Part shown: one piece after another, positions 49,481-61,960 of the stretch
Layout: each line of letters starts with the position of its first letter
Position numbering within the stretch: the first letter of the stretch is position 1
Assembly (NCBI RefSeq): GCF_018977255.1
Contig: NW_024704783.1
Span: 124,001-188,000 of the forward strand
DNA length: 64,000 bases
Source of the DNA: Callorhinchus milii
Taxonomy: Eukaryota
Reading direction: 5' to 3'
The notes under the pieces: generated by a model
The model's database searches: none
What the model was told of the DNA's origin: nothing
Seen by the model: the letters and a program-made list of their open reading frames with translations, nothing else
Position numbers and translations under genes: made by a program

Positions 49481-51457
49481 CAACATTGTGATTCTCAATC
49501 CTTCCATTGGTACACTGTGCACTTGCTTCAAAAGCGCTGCCTTCACTCCCTCCCTAAAGAAATTGACTTATCGATGTTCCCAAATTAACATTCCCTCTAA
49601 ACCCTGTCATTCTTTCAAAGTGCAATCCTGTTGCTCAGTGGTTTGAGCACTTGCCTCACAAGCGAGAGACCAGTGTTCGATTCCCGTTTAGCCGCTTTGC
49701 TTACTCTCCACGCGTCTGTTTATCTTCTAAAAATACGGAAACCAGTTGCTAGTCGATCAGCGAATTTTTTTTCTGGGGCTTTCTTTCACAAGAAAAACAT
49801 TATATTAATACTAATTTGGTCGCTCATTCCACGGATGTTTGTGCAACACTGCTGTGTACAAAATGTTAACAATAAAATGTTGTGGCTAACTCAGTTTATT
49901 CAAATATAAGACAACAATTATACGTAAAACATATACTCCCCGGTTCTGGAGCAGTCAGCGTGCTTTGACCCTTCACCTCTGCCTGCCTCGTTCTCTTCCG
50001 ATTCTGCTGCTTTATGTCAACAAACTTCCAGCTTTATAACTTTTTGGCCATCCAATCTGTTGTGAGGCACGTAGGCCTTTCGCTACTGGGCAAAGAGTCA
50101 AGTTCGGTGTTACGTCTGTTTATCCCAAGAACCAGACATTTTGACTAAAAACAGATTGTATCATCCCAAGGCCAATGGTTTCTTAATGCCAAATGTCATG
50201 TTGACCATTTCTTCTTGACCAGAAAAAGCAGCTTATGTTATTGACAGATGTTGAGTGATGGTTCGAGTACAAAATGGTGTTATCCGCCACTTTGATTCAT
50301 ATCAACAAGAATAGCAGCTTAACATTTCAATTTCATATAAACAAGAAAACAATTGCCTCTCTTTTGTTCTCTTTCTTCCATTGTGCTTCTGGCAATTTTT
50401 ACAAGACGGACACGATAAGAAAATGATATATGGCAGTGTAAGTATGAGGCTAGCGACTATATAAAATTACGAGCCCAATGTTGAGTCGAACCTTGGATAA
50501 CGAGTGTACAGGTCGGGAAATGGCTTATTCTGATTGGTTGCCGTACAGTGTAGTGGAACGTCTCTATGTCTGCAAAGTACATGCTCTACACACATGTTTT
50601 TTGCTTCTTGTCCAACAATCCATTGCTGGAGGTTTGCCAATGATAATCGTGTGAAGTTGCCATCCAGATTTGATAAATTGATTCACAATCCAGATTAATG
50701 ACAATTACACGATGCAACTGAATTCATTCATAGAATCAATGCTGGAATTTTACAAGTTATTTCCAGATCATGAGTTTGGCTTTACGTTTGTAGTACGTTT
50801 ACGTGCTGATCCAGGCTGGTAATTGTCAGCGATTGTACATAATGATTATATATCAAAATTAATAATATGTTTATGACATCGTCAACAACAAGTTCTCTTT
50901 GCAGAATAGATTTTTTTTTTGGCATTTATGATCTTATCAAAAGCTGTATAGAAATGTTGTCTTCAGACTATTAGTCTGGAATTTTTCAGGTGCAGGAGAG
51001 ATATGAGTACCGCTTCCAAAATTAAACTGCATTGCTCAAATTTGATGAGCAAACAATCAACCACTGTGATCAACGAAACTCAAATGAAACGAGAAACTGT
51101 GGGGAAAACGGATTTAATGGTCATCACTGCACTGCTACGTAACAGTTACAGCATTGCTTGAACATTTTCTCAGGGAAGTCAATCTTCTCCTTGAATGGTA
51201 CGATCGAACTGAATAATGATTTTCCTTTACAGTTTAAAACGGAGCAGACTTCAAGAGCAAAGTTACATCGAGAATACATTCTGTGCAATAACGTTTCCCA
51301 ATATCATCTCAACTCTCCAACCATATAAAACTACATCTTGTGAATATGTTCTTTCTCTTCCAGTGTCAAACGGATTGGTATAGTTGGAATATAAGGAGTG
51401 AAATGTCATGTGATGATTGTGCTGCGGCAACGTTTTACAATCAATCAGTATAAATAA

Positions 51458-53192
51458 TCAAATTTTCTTAACCAATTGAAGCAACAGAGCAAATGGATAT
51501 TGAAGAATCTTCTTCATTTCCTTTCTAAACTTGACCTGAGTTACCGCATAGATGCAAGTGTTTGTACAGGAGCTCAAAAGCTGAAGCATGAATCCAGTCT
51601 GTTGGATTGTATTACGAATGCTACTTTCTTTATTTTGATAGTTGTAGTTTGCAACCGACCAATTTATCGAATAGACAACATGTGTCATCCACAAAAGTAG
51701 AAAAGTGCCCGAAATAACGAAGAGCAAAATGATGGATTTCCTGCGTTTCATCATTTCGGGATCATTCGTTTTATTAGAACTGCTGTCACCTCGGATTCTC
51801 TTGCGCGCTCTGCTGGCTACGAGAATATGTCCGACAGTCAAAGCATTGATAAAGATAATGATAACGGATACACCTACAGGATTGAACGTACGGATCAACC
51901 ATTCGTACGCTCTCCAATATGGTTAAGTGTGATAACTGGGTTTTGGTCTGCAGTATTTCGGTATATTATTAATTATCACACCAGGAATCAACATGAAATA
52001 TAATGGAATGCATTGCGCACAGCTGAGCGCACACACTGCGGTTATCACCAAACTCGCCGATTTTACAGAGCAAAATCTGTGTTTTATTTTCTGACAACAA
52101 TTGGCGACATGGCGATCAAAAGTAAAACGACTGTCAGCCAGATAGAACATCGAGTCACGGAAGCGAGCAGAACATTTCGTAGCTGACACACAGAAATGAA
52201 GTACAAGAAGCTGAAACGGAAATACATATTATTAACTCGATTCAGTAAAACATCATTGAAAATAACCATTAGATCCGCCGCTGCCATGGCCACCAGGAAG
52301 AGAGTGTCGACATTGGATTGCCCGCACCTTCCCCGGGACAGGATTACAATCGCCAACAAGTTCACTGAAAAGATGAAAAATACTGGGTTCACGTCCCAGG
52401 AGAATTGCGCCAAATCTTTCAGATATGATTGAAGATCACAGGTTCACGGACACCACCACACAAGAACAGCGGAGGAGAGCAGGCACCTGGTCTAGTGTGT
52501 GATAACTGCCAGTCACCTTATAGGCCCACACACTCGTAAAACCTCCCTCATCTTACCAATAATGCGCGGCCATGTGGCATTAGCCTCTTGTTGGCTTGCC
52601 AGGGGCCAGGCGATAGTCTCCACTGATCTCAGCCCGGCCACAATCATAGCAAAACGGAGAGATGTGGAAGTCGGCATCTCCTTAAGAAGGCAAACTAGAC
52701 TTATCCACCGAAGCCTTAAAGACGTGATGTCCAAGTGTCCACAGTACATATATATGTAAGGTACGGGGAAGTCTGCAAAATGTGAATCAAGATAAATAAA
52801 CGAAACTGGGATCTGCCCCATTCTGGAAACTAATTGACATCCAGGTCTAATGATTGTCTGTGAGAAGTTCCTCTGCACGGATGAGCTGCTTTATTCGACA
52901 ACAAAATGTACAACAACTGCATTTTACAGCACAACAAGTGAGACGTTCGGAGACAACCTGCTGATTTTAACGGCGTTATTTCAAACATAATGATTATTTT
53001 CCCAATGACTAATTTAGCAAACAGGTAAAATTGAATAACTGAAATAAACGATAGGTATGGATATGTTCGCATATTACGAGACTTTGATTTCTGTAACGCG
53101 TAGAGAACTGTTAATAACCTACCTTGTACTCCAACCAATGCAAGAAACGGGTAGGAAATTGCTTCTATTTCATATAATTTTGAAGATGACAT
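51458..53192 (-). pseudogene. GPR139/GPR142-like GPCR pseudogene (G3), recently inactivated
   Basis: Exon 1 53192-53123 (70 nt, MSSSKLYEIEAISYPFLALVGVQ, G|GTAGG). Exon 2 52364-51458 has a 1-nt deletion just before FTFDRH and an in-frame TAA at 51925-51923, and is otherwise complete (RRKSIILLF, SSCTNTCIYA). Confidence 0.92.
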
Positions 53193-53410
53193 GGCAAGAT
53201 ATGAGGAGGAGCGTTATTGCCGAACACAGCGTCTCCAACTAACAGTTTGAAATAACGCATTGAGAGGCAATATTATTCATTCTAATGGGAAAACTCTGGG
53301 GAACCTTTATCATGTGTATTGTCAGTCACCGTCCCTGGATAGCAAGTCAGGGAACCCTCATCTCTATGACAGATGGATATCGAGCCAAGTAATCTTCATT
53401 TCTATGTCAC

Positions 53411-53725
53411 GGGGAGACCTGTAGCTCAGAGGCTAAAGTGTTCGCCTCCCAAGTGAGAGATGTGGTTCGATTCCTGCCAGGGCAAAACCTAGCGCAAGTT
53501 TTCTTACTTCCAACCCATGATAATAATCCCTCAAGAATATAAAATAAATAAACTGGTCACTTAAATCCATGTCCGTTTGCGGGCACTGCTGTGGTTAATT
53601 AGGTGCTGCAGTTCACCCACAATTATACAGCTAATACACTGTTCAATATATTCTGTGATGCTGTGGCTTCCAGAAGACACAAAAAGCGCTATTTCAAATG
53701 CATGGATTCGGATTTTAATTATTAT
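53411..53725 (+). mobile_element. Full-length tRNA-derived SINE
   Basis: Head GGGGAGACCTGTAGCTCAG..GGTTCGATTCC, core and tail. Confidence 0.85.
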
Positions 53726-54764
53726 TTCACACAGATTATAGGAGAAATATTCACTTTGAATGATAAGCGTCAACACGGTTTAATCACTACAATCCATTGA
53801 GATATTCTGCGTCTTGTTAAAATCGTTTCGTGAAATAAATCATTTCTAACTTACTTTGTTTTTGATGTTAGTTCGCTAGAATGCAACTCAATAGCAAACA
53901 TGAATCTAAAATACTTAGCAATGAAGCGAAGCGGAGACTCGAAGCTTTTGATTTTATTATTGGATGTTTATCGTTGAACATCCAATGGAGTGCAACAAAC
54001 AAGAATAGATCCATGGTGTCTTTCAAAATAAAATTATTAATCTTTAAATTTGATACAGCGGAAGTCGTGTCGGGAGGGAATCTAAAATCGTTGGACAGCA
54101 TATGTTGTAAATATACTTGGTGTCACAAGCATCCCAGCTCAATATGGCAATCTCTCTCTCAGAGTATGTCCTTTGTACCCGATTCCCGAGAGCTGTTGGT
54201 ACAGGTTCGCAGGAGTGCTGTGGACACTGATCTTAAAATCTGAAATTCCAAAGCTTGCCATTGAAATCACTGTTTGTCAAGCTTTCGTGCTGATTACAGA
54301 CGTACCTCTGCGTTATTGTTTTGACTTAGAGGGTTAAATGAAGCTCATTGTGAAAATCAATGACCCTATGACGAGACAGCCCTTCGAATTCCTGTCGAAG
54401 AGTCAGATTTGCTGACCTGTTATCGGCAGTAACTGGAGTCGTGGGTACACGTGGCCATCACGGACGGTTGTCTAGATTCTGCAAGCTCGACACCCTGGAG
54501 CCATTTCTGCTCTTAGTGTCCCCGCTCGTTTACTCTCCCAAGGATGATGCACACTATTAAAACGCATGACGTTCGACAGAGCGGGTTTTGATCAGCCACT
54601 CGATGGATGGCCATAAACACCGGGAGGAAAAACAAAGTGAACACAAAGCGGCTGCGTCAAGTCACCATTATTTTTCCTGACGCTCAGCTTTTAGTACAAT
54701 TGGATACAGCAGTTGTAACCGTTTGATTGATACTTTGAATCAACAATCACTTTAATTTCCGATA

Positions 54765-56490
54765 AACAACAACAACAACAACAACAACAAGATTCCATTT
54801 ATAAAGCGCCTTTCACGTCAGGAGGACGTCCCACGGCGCTGCACAGTTGGGTCATGACCCGAGCAGGGGAAATGGTCAGGGTGAGGGGAGGGAAGGGAGG
54901 GAGCGAGGAGGGGGGAAATGGTCAGGGTGATGGGAGGGAAGGGAGGGAGCGAGGAGGGGGGAAATGGTCAGGGTGAGCGGAGGGAGGGGAGGGAAGGGAG
55001 GGAGCGAGGAGGGGGAAGAGAGTCGAGAGGGGAGCTGAAGGCACGGTAAAAGAGAAAGGTTTTGAGACCGGCCTTGAAGGAGGAAAGGGAGGAAGCGGCG
55101 AAGGCACTGGGGGATAGAGTTCCAGAGCCTGGGAGCTAAGGCTGAAGGCCCGACCACCGATGGTAGGGCGGTTGGGGCGGGGGACGTGGAGCACACCGGA
55201 GACAGAGGAACGGAGGGTAAGGGCAGGTAGGTAGGGGGATATTAGGTTGGAGAGGTAGGAGGGAGCAAGGCCGTGAATGGCCTTGTAGGTGAGGATGAGG
55301 ATCTTGAAATCAATCCTCTGGGGGATGGGGAGCCAGTGGAGGCTAGCGAGGGTGGGAGTGATGTGGTCCCGAAGCCTGGTGCTGGACAGTACACGAGCTG
55401 CAGAGTTCTGAATAACCTGCAGCTTGTGGAGGGATGTGCCGGGAAGGCCGGCGAGTAGAGAGTTCCCATAGTCCAGCCTTGAGGTGACAAAGGCGGGGAC
55501 CAGGGTTTCAGCAGCGTGAGGGATGAGGTAATGCCGTAGTCTGGCGATGTTTCGGATGTGATGGAAGGCGGTGCCAGTTGTGGTGCGGATGTGCGGGAGA
55601 AAGGATAGCTCAGGGTCGAACAAAACGCCGAGGTTCCTGACCGGCTTTGAGAGGTGGAGAGTGCAGCATTGGATGCTAATGGTGTCGGCGCCTGAGGTGC
55701 GGAGGCGCTGACCTGAGCCAATCAGGAGGGCCTCGGTTTTTCGCACGTTGAGCTGAAGCAAGTTGTCTCTCGTCCAGGACTCGATATCGGACAGACAGAT
55801 GTCAGGACCTCAGTGGTCGTGGAGTTGAGAGTAGAGGAGGAAAGGTAGAGTTGTGTGTCATGCGCATACATGTGGAAGTTATCTCCATGTCTGCGGATGA
55901 TGTCACCAAGGGGGAGCATGTAGACGGTGAAGAGGAGGGGACCGAGGACAGAGCCCTGAGGGACACCACATGAGACAGTACGGTGGGTGGAGGAGAAGCC
56001 ATTCGTCGAGACAAAGTGAAGACGGTGAGAAATGTACGACCTAAACCACTCAAGGACAGTGCCTTGAAGGTTGAGGTGGGAGGACAAGCGGTGGAGTAGG
56101 ATAGCGTGGTCGACCTTATCGAATGCTGCCAATAGGTCGAGGAGGACGAGGAGGCAGAGGGAGCCCTGGTCACAGATGGTCAGGATATCATTGGTGACCT
56201 TGACCAAGGCAGTTTCTGTGCTATGGGCAGCACGGAATCCTGACTGAAGGGGTTCGAAAAGAGAATGGGTGGAAAGGAAGGAGCGCAGTTGGGAGGCGAC
56301 AACTCTTTCCAGGACCTTGGAGAGAAAGGGGAGGTTGGAGATGGGCCGGTAGCTTGATAGCTGCGACGCATCAAGGGAGGGTTTTTTCAGGGTGGGCGTG
56401 ATGGTGGTAGTTTTTAAGGTAATGGGGACAGAGCCAGAGGAGAGGGACAGGTTGTTGATGTCGGTGATATGGGACAGGTTGATGATGTCG
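54765..56490 (-). mobile_element. Relatively young 5'-truncated L2 LINE (about 1.7 kb)
   Basis: Long ORF2 pieces: [42 protein letters not shown] and [24 protein letters not shown]. (TTG)n tail. Confidence 0.95.
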
Positions 56491-56499
56491 GTGATATAG

Positions 56500-57920
56500 C
56501 ACATTGGACTCTGCGTAACAGCCTGTTCGCTGCAAAACAATCTGGTCTATAAATAAGATGCCTGTTCCCTGTATAACCGTCTGATCTCCATATAAAATGC
56601 CAGGTCTGCCTGGTCTCTGCAATAATGGCTTGATGTTTGTAGAACAGTGCAGGTCTCTAGATAACATCAATGGTCACTGTATAACAGGCTCGCTGTATAT
56701 CTGCCTGAACTCAGTAAAACAAGTCTGGTATCTGTATAACCGACTGGTCTCTGTATAACATGTATAGAGGCCTGGTTTGTTTACATTACGCCTGTTTTCT
56801 GCATAACAGGACTGGTCTTTTTATAATAGGCCTGGTCTAAGTTACACTGTCCTAGTATCTGTGTAAAAGGCTGCTCTTTGTCCGTTAGCCTTGTTTAATA
56901 GTCCTTGTGTATGTGTCAAAGTATCTGGCATAGTCTCTGTATATATCGTCTGGTCTCTGCATAAAAGCCTGGTCTCTGTATAACAGACTGATCTCTGTAA
57001 AACAAGCCTGGTCAGTGTATAACAGGCCTCGACTTTGTATAACACCCTGGTCTATCTATGAAAGAGCTTGTCTACGTATGAAAGGCTTGACTCATGTGTT
57101 CCCGTCCTTGTCTCAGTATAGCAACTAGTCTGTGTATAGCTGGCCTGGTCTCTCTATAACAGGCCTTTTCTGCGTATAATGGGCCTAATATCTGTATGAA
57201 TGCCTGGTCTCTGTATAAGAGCCCTGTTCTCTCCATAGCAAACTGTTCAACTGCAGTTTGCTAGACAGAGACCAACATGCCTGTAAAACAGGTCTGGTCT
57301 GTGTATAAAATGCATGACCTTATCATAATAATAATAATCTTTGCATTCGATGTAGCGCTTTTCACGTCTTCTGGACATCCCAAAGTGCTTCACATAATAT
57401 ACTGTAAAGTGAATTGACTTTACATTTGTAGGAGAACGCGGCAGCCAATTGCGCACAGCAGTGTCCCACAAACAGTCGTGGATTGAAAATGACCAATTTA
57501 TTATTGTTTTGTTTTTTTGGAGCGATTATTATTAGGCATGTGGAGTAAGGAAACTTGCCAAAGGTTTCACCTGGCCTGGAATTGAACTCAGGTCTCTCGC
57601 TTGCAAAACGAGTGCTCTAATCATATAACAGCCCTGGTTTATATATAACAGACCTGGTCTCAGTTTAACAGACGTGGTCTATGTATGACAGTCCTGGTCT
57701 TTGTATGACAACTTGGATTCGGTGTAACAGGCCAGTTCTCTCTATAACAAGCCTTGACTATGTATAAAGTGCCTGGTCTCTGTATAAATTACCTGGTCTT
57801 TTTACAAGGATACTGGTCTTCTTTTAACAACCTGGACCCTGTATAACCGGCCTGATCTATGTATAATATGTATGGCCTCTCTATAAAAGCCTCGTCTCTG
57901 TAAAAGAGGCCTTGTCTGTG
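56500..57920. repeat. Degenerate ~21-bp minisatellite, interrupted by a SINE at about 57320-57620
   Basis: Recurring CCTGGTCTCTGTATAACAGG units over about 1.4 kb. Confidence 0.85.
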
Positions 57921-57996
57921 TATATACAGGGCAGGTTTCTGAATAACACCACTGACACCACAATCGCAATCCTGGGCAGTTACACCGATCACGAAA

Positions 57997-58100
57997 ACTA
58001 CAAGTCCCAGAATGCTTCACGGCTCAGTGCCCTCTGGTGCCGTGCCCGGGCCACGCGGGGCATCCTGGGAGCTGTAGACAGTGTACCCGAGTGACAGGGT
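57997..58100. promoter_or_regulatory. Paired inverted ZNF143/Staf (ACTACAnnTCCCA) motifs in a GC-rich patch, followed by a splice donor
   Basis: ACTACAAGTCCCAGAATGC at 57997-58015 (+). GTCTACAGCTCCCAGGATGC at 58079-58060 (-). CAGG|GTGAGA donor at 58098/58099. Confidence 0.65.
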
Positions 58101-59289
58101 GAGAGGTACATGTCCACACATCTGTGTCTCTGTGTCTGTGTCTCTCACTGACTGAGCTGTGAATATGGGACATGTCTTGACTCTCTGATATTGATCTGTA
58201 ATGTTTGTGCCCCTGTAAGATGAGGGTGGATCAACTCAAATATAGATTTGCTGACCTTTGATTTTGCCTTTCAATAGATTATGACACATTTTAGGTGGGA
58301 ATAAGGAGGAAATTAGGAAGCATTTTTCACATGAAAATCGTCGTTTCACTGATGTGTAGAGAAACAAGTCTTCTTGTATTTTTTGTATTCACCAAAAAAA
58401 CACAAAACCGCAGAACAATGTATCTCTCTTTCTGTCTCTGAAAAACTCACACACTCACTCTCTAACAAAGTACATACTGCAAAGCGCTTTAGAAGCCTCG
58501 ATGACATGAATAAGCTCCACACGACTAAAAGTAATAGCTCGAAAACCAAACAAAAATATGTTTGTCATTTTCAATGGCTGTCCACGACTGTTTGTGTGAC
58601 ACTGCTGTGCGCAATTGGCTGCCGGGTTTTCGCCCACAACTATACAGTCATTTCACTTTGCAGTCTATTCTGTGAAGCGCTTTGCGATGTCACGAAGGAG
58701 TGAAAAGCGCTATAGCAAATGCAAGGATTATTATTATTATTAACTTTGATTAGTATCATCAAAATTACACCGAGGCCTTCTCGGAAGTGGAAAGTAATGT
58801 CAAGCTCCTATAATAATAAAAATAATTATTTTATTTGGTATAGCGCCTTGTCACGCTTTCGAGATATCTGAAAACGCTTCAAAGGATAAACTCTAAAGTG
58901 AATTGACTGTACATTTTGCGGGCGAAATGCGTTTAGAAGTGTGTTTTATTATTTTTATGTGTTTGTGCATTATCAAGTAAATTAAAGTGAGAATATATCA
59001 AGTTGTTAATTTACTATTGCTGTGGATTGAGAATCGTTATGTGAACTGTCATGAAATTGAAAAATTATTGCTTGTTGTGCGAAGCAATGCGTGAAGAACT
59101 GTGTGCAGAAAGGCTCCTTGACTTATTCTTCTAATTGGGAAAACGTTAAGAATATTAAGCGTAATAAATCGTTGCATTTTCACAACGCCGTATCCCGTCT
59201 TCGAGATATCTCAAAGCGCTTCACAGAATAGAGTGTCATGTGAAATGATTGTATATTTTAGAGGCGAAACGCGGCAGCCACTTGCGCAC

Positions 59290-59470
59290 TCCTTCACTCG
59301 CACCTTTATTCCTGTCCGCATTGCAGCTCCACAACAATGTACGGTTGGCTCGACTGGCAACGAGAATATGACTGACAGTCAGAGCATTGAGCAGCAAAAG
59401 CAGAGAGAATGGAAAACTCGAGAGTGCCTTAAAATCAAACAATTTAAATGCTGAACATACGAGAAAAATG
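59290..59470 (-). pseudogene. GPCR fragment (TM5-ICL3) paralogous to G4
   Basis: FPFSLLLLLNALTVSHILVASRANRTL..DRNKGASE matches G4 LLLNALTVSHILVASRARSRL..DRNRGASD. Confidence 0.85.
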
Positions 59471-59965
59471 TGTTGGCTCGTTTTATTGACAACATCGTTG
59501 TATACCGTACAAACTCCCAATCGGTTATCTGTACAGCGCTTTGGGAAATCCTCCAGACGGGAAAGACGCTATTCAAATGTAAGTTTGTTAATGTTGTTGT
59601 TGAAAAGTGATATCCGACACAACGAAGTCACACACACCATCTCACACACGCATTCGCACACACACACGACACAGAAAGTATTATCCCCCACAGAAGTATG
59701 TGATTAAGGCAATTTTGCGGCTCCCAAGTACCCTTCACTCCCACAAGCAATCACAGACACATACACGGACACACAGTCAAACACAAGTAAACATATACAC
59801 ACAGATGCTGATACACACACACACAGACAATCACATACGCACATGCACAAACTCACACCCACACGCAGACACAGACAATAACCTGCACACACACAATCAC
59901 ACATACAGACAAACGCAGTGAATATAAACAGAGACGCTCACAAAGGAACACAATGGACCCATTGT

Positions 59966-60918
59966 CTATCCAGTTACACTGGTTAACCACTGGCAAGTTT
60001 GTCGTCGAACTAATCTAACAATTAGAATAAAAGGAAGTGTCACCGCTTTCTTAAGTTCCTCTCTAAATTTAGTCTGGGTTCCCGCATAAATACACGTGTT
60101 TGTGCAAGAGCTCAAAAGCTGCAGCATGTAGCCAGTTCGCCAGAAAATAAACAAAGGATCATAAGGCCCTGTGGCGTAATATATTTTTGAAACCCTCCAA
60201 TATAAGAAAAATAAAACAAATGTTATCCATAATAATATAAAATTGGCAGAAACAGCAAATAGTAAAATGATGGATTTCCTTCTGTTCCTCATCTCTGGAT
60301 CACTGTCACTCGCTCCTCTATTCCTGTCCCCATTGCTGTGTCCCCGCAATCTACTGCGGGCTCGACTGGCCACCAGTATGTGGCTGACAGTCAGGGCGTT
60401 CAGCAGCAAAATCAAAACAAATGGGAGAAACGGAGTTAAAATAATGTTGAGCGTGTCAAATACTATCCATGGGAGAGACGTATAATAGTTTGTTTTATAT
60501 TGACAACCCCACGGTATGTTATTAACTATGTTATATGGTTCATATGCAAAGTACCAGGGAAAGTTTTGCACAAGGAAGAATACACTGAATACCGCTATCA
60601 TTGTACAAGCTGTTTTTTCAGTGCAATATTTAGCTTTCAGTTTTTGGCAACAGATGGCGACGTATCGATCAAAGGTGAAAGCCACAGTTAACCAGACAGA
60701 AATTGCCCTTGTTGCACAAACCAGTGCGTTTACCAGACGGCAAACGTGAGTGATGTACACGAATGAATATGGGAAGTAAAAAGAAACTATGCGATTGGAA
60801 ATCACCCCGACAATAACCACCATCAGATCAGCCACTGACATGGTCACCAAATAGAGAGAGATACATTTGGAGAGACCGCACGTCCCTCCAGCCAGGATCA
60901 CAATCGCCACTAGGTTAG
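59966..60918 (-). CDS. Intact exon 2 of a GPR139/GPR142-like GPCR (G4); exon 1 not located
   Basis: 953-nt open phase-1 exon after an AG acceptor: ANLVAIVIL..CGLSKC..ADLMV..FTFDRYVAICC..LTPFLPF..RRKSIILLF..FILLWIT..SSCTNTCIYA, then a stop. Confidence 0.88.
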
Positions 60919-60929
60919 CTACAGAGAGA

Positions 60930-61257
60930 ATGAGAGGGAGAGAAAGAGAGAGAGAGAGAGAGAGAGACATGATCAGTCATAATGATCCATTTGTACAGTT
61001 TACATAGTGTTGATGAAATGGAAGCTGTGCGCATTCTGCTGGAGCAACAGTCGCCTTTTCCAAATCAAGTCGCAATTGTGTAGATTGAAAGGGAGAAGGA
61101 ACAAATCCTACTTCGCTCTCGGAAGCTCTCCGTCCGTTGTATGCATAGTGGTAAAGAGTTACAGTGACAAAGCTTGCGGTACAGAGAGAGATGCACTCTG
61201 TCACTTAAAGAGAGAAAGACATATATATATATATGCTTTGAGAGAGAGTGACAGAGT

Positions 61258-61288
<31 letters not shown>

Positions 61289-61960
61289 GGAGACGCAGAT
61301 GGAGTGTAATACAGGCGGAAAGAGAAAAGGAGCGAGGGGCGTTAGACACAGAGAAAGGAAGAAATACGCACAGAAGCAAAGAGGGATTGAGAAGAATGCA
61401 CACAGACCGAGAAAAGATGCAGAGCGAGAAACACGCACGCACACACACACACACAAAATCACAAAGATATTTAAAGCTAGATCCAGATAGAAAGGGAGAA
61501 AGAGGACGAGAATTTGAGACAGAAACCCAAAGACAAAGAGAGTAAAGACAACGAGCGATATAGAGACACAGTTGCAAAGACACGGAGAGGTACAGGAAAA
61601 GTGAGACAGATATATACTGAGTCCGACACAGATATACACAGAGATAGAGAGACACACACAGATATATACAGAGATGCAGTGACACACAAACATATATGCA
61701 GAGAGATATAAGGATGGCCCGACAGAGAAAGTGATACAGATCCAGGTACAACGCATACATACAGATAGATATAGAGACACAGAGAGGCACACAGAGAGGC
61801 ACACAGACAGAGCGAGATACAGAATCACCAACAGAAAGAGGTTTAAGGAGACACAGACATAAAGAGGCACAGAGAGAGAGAGCGAGAGAGATGCAGAGCT
61901 ATGCAAACAGAGTGAGACACATAAGCAGGGGCACACAGAGAGAAAGACACCTGGAGAAAA
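60930..61960. repeat. (AG)n and AG/GACA-rich low-complexity tract (G4 intron)
   Basis: Perfect (AG)n near 60940-60968 and 61255-61280, embedded in an imperfect tract. Confidence 0.9.

Noticed and set aside
46127-57920. Minisatellites as CRISPR-like arrays
   Set aside because: Eukaryotic context, and the units are contiguous and degenerate with no unique spacers.
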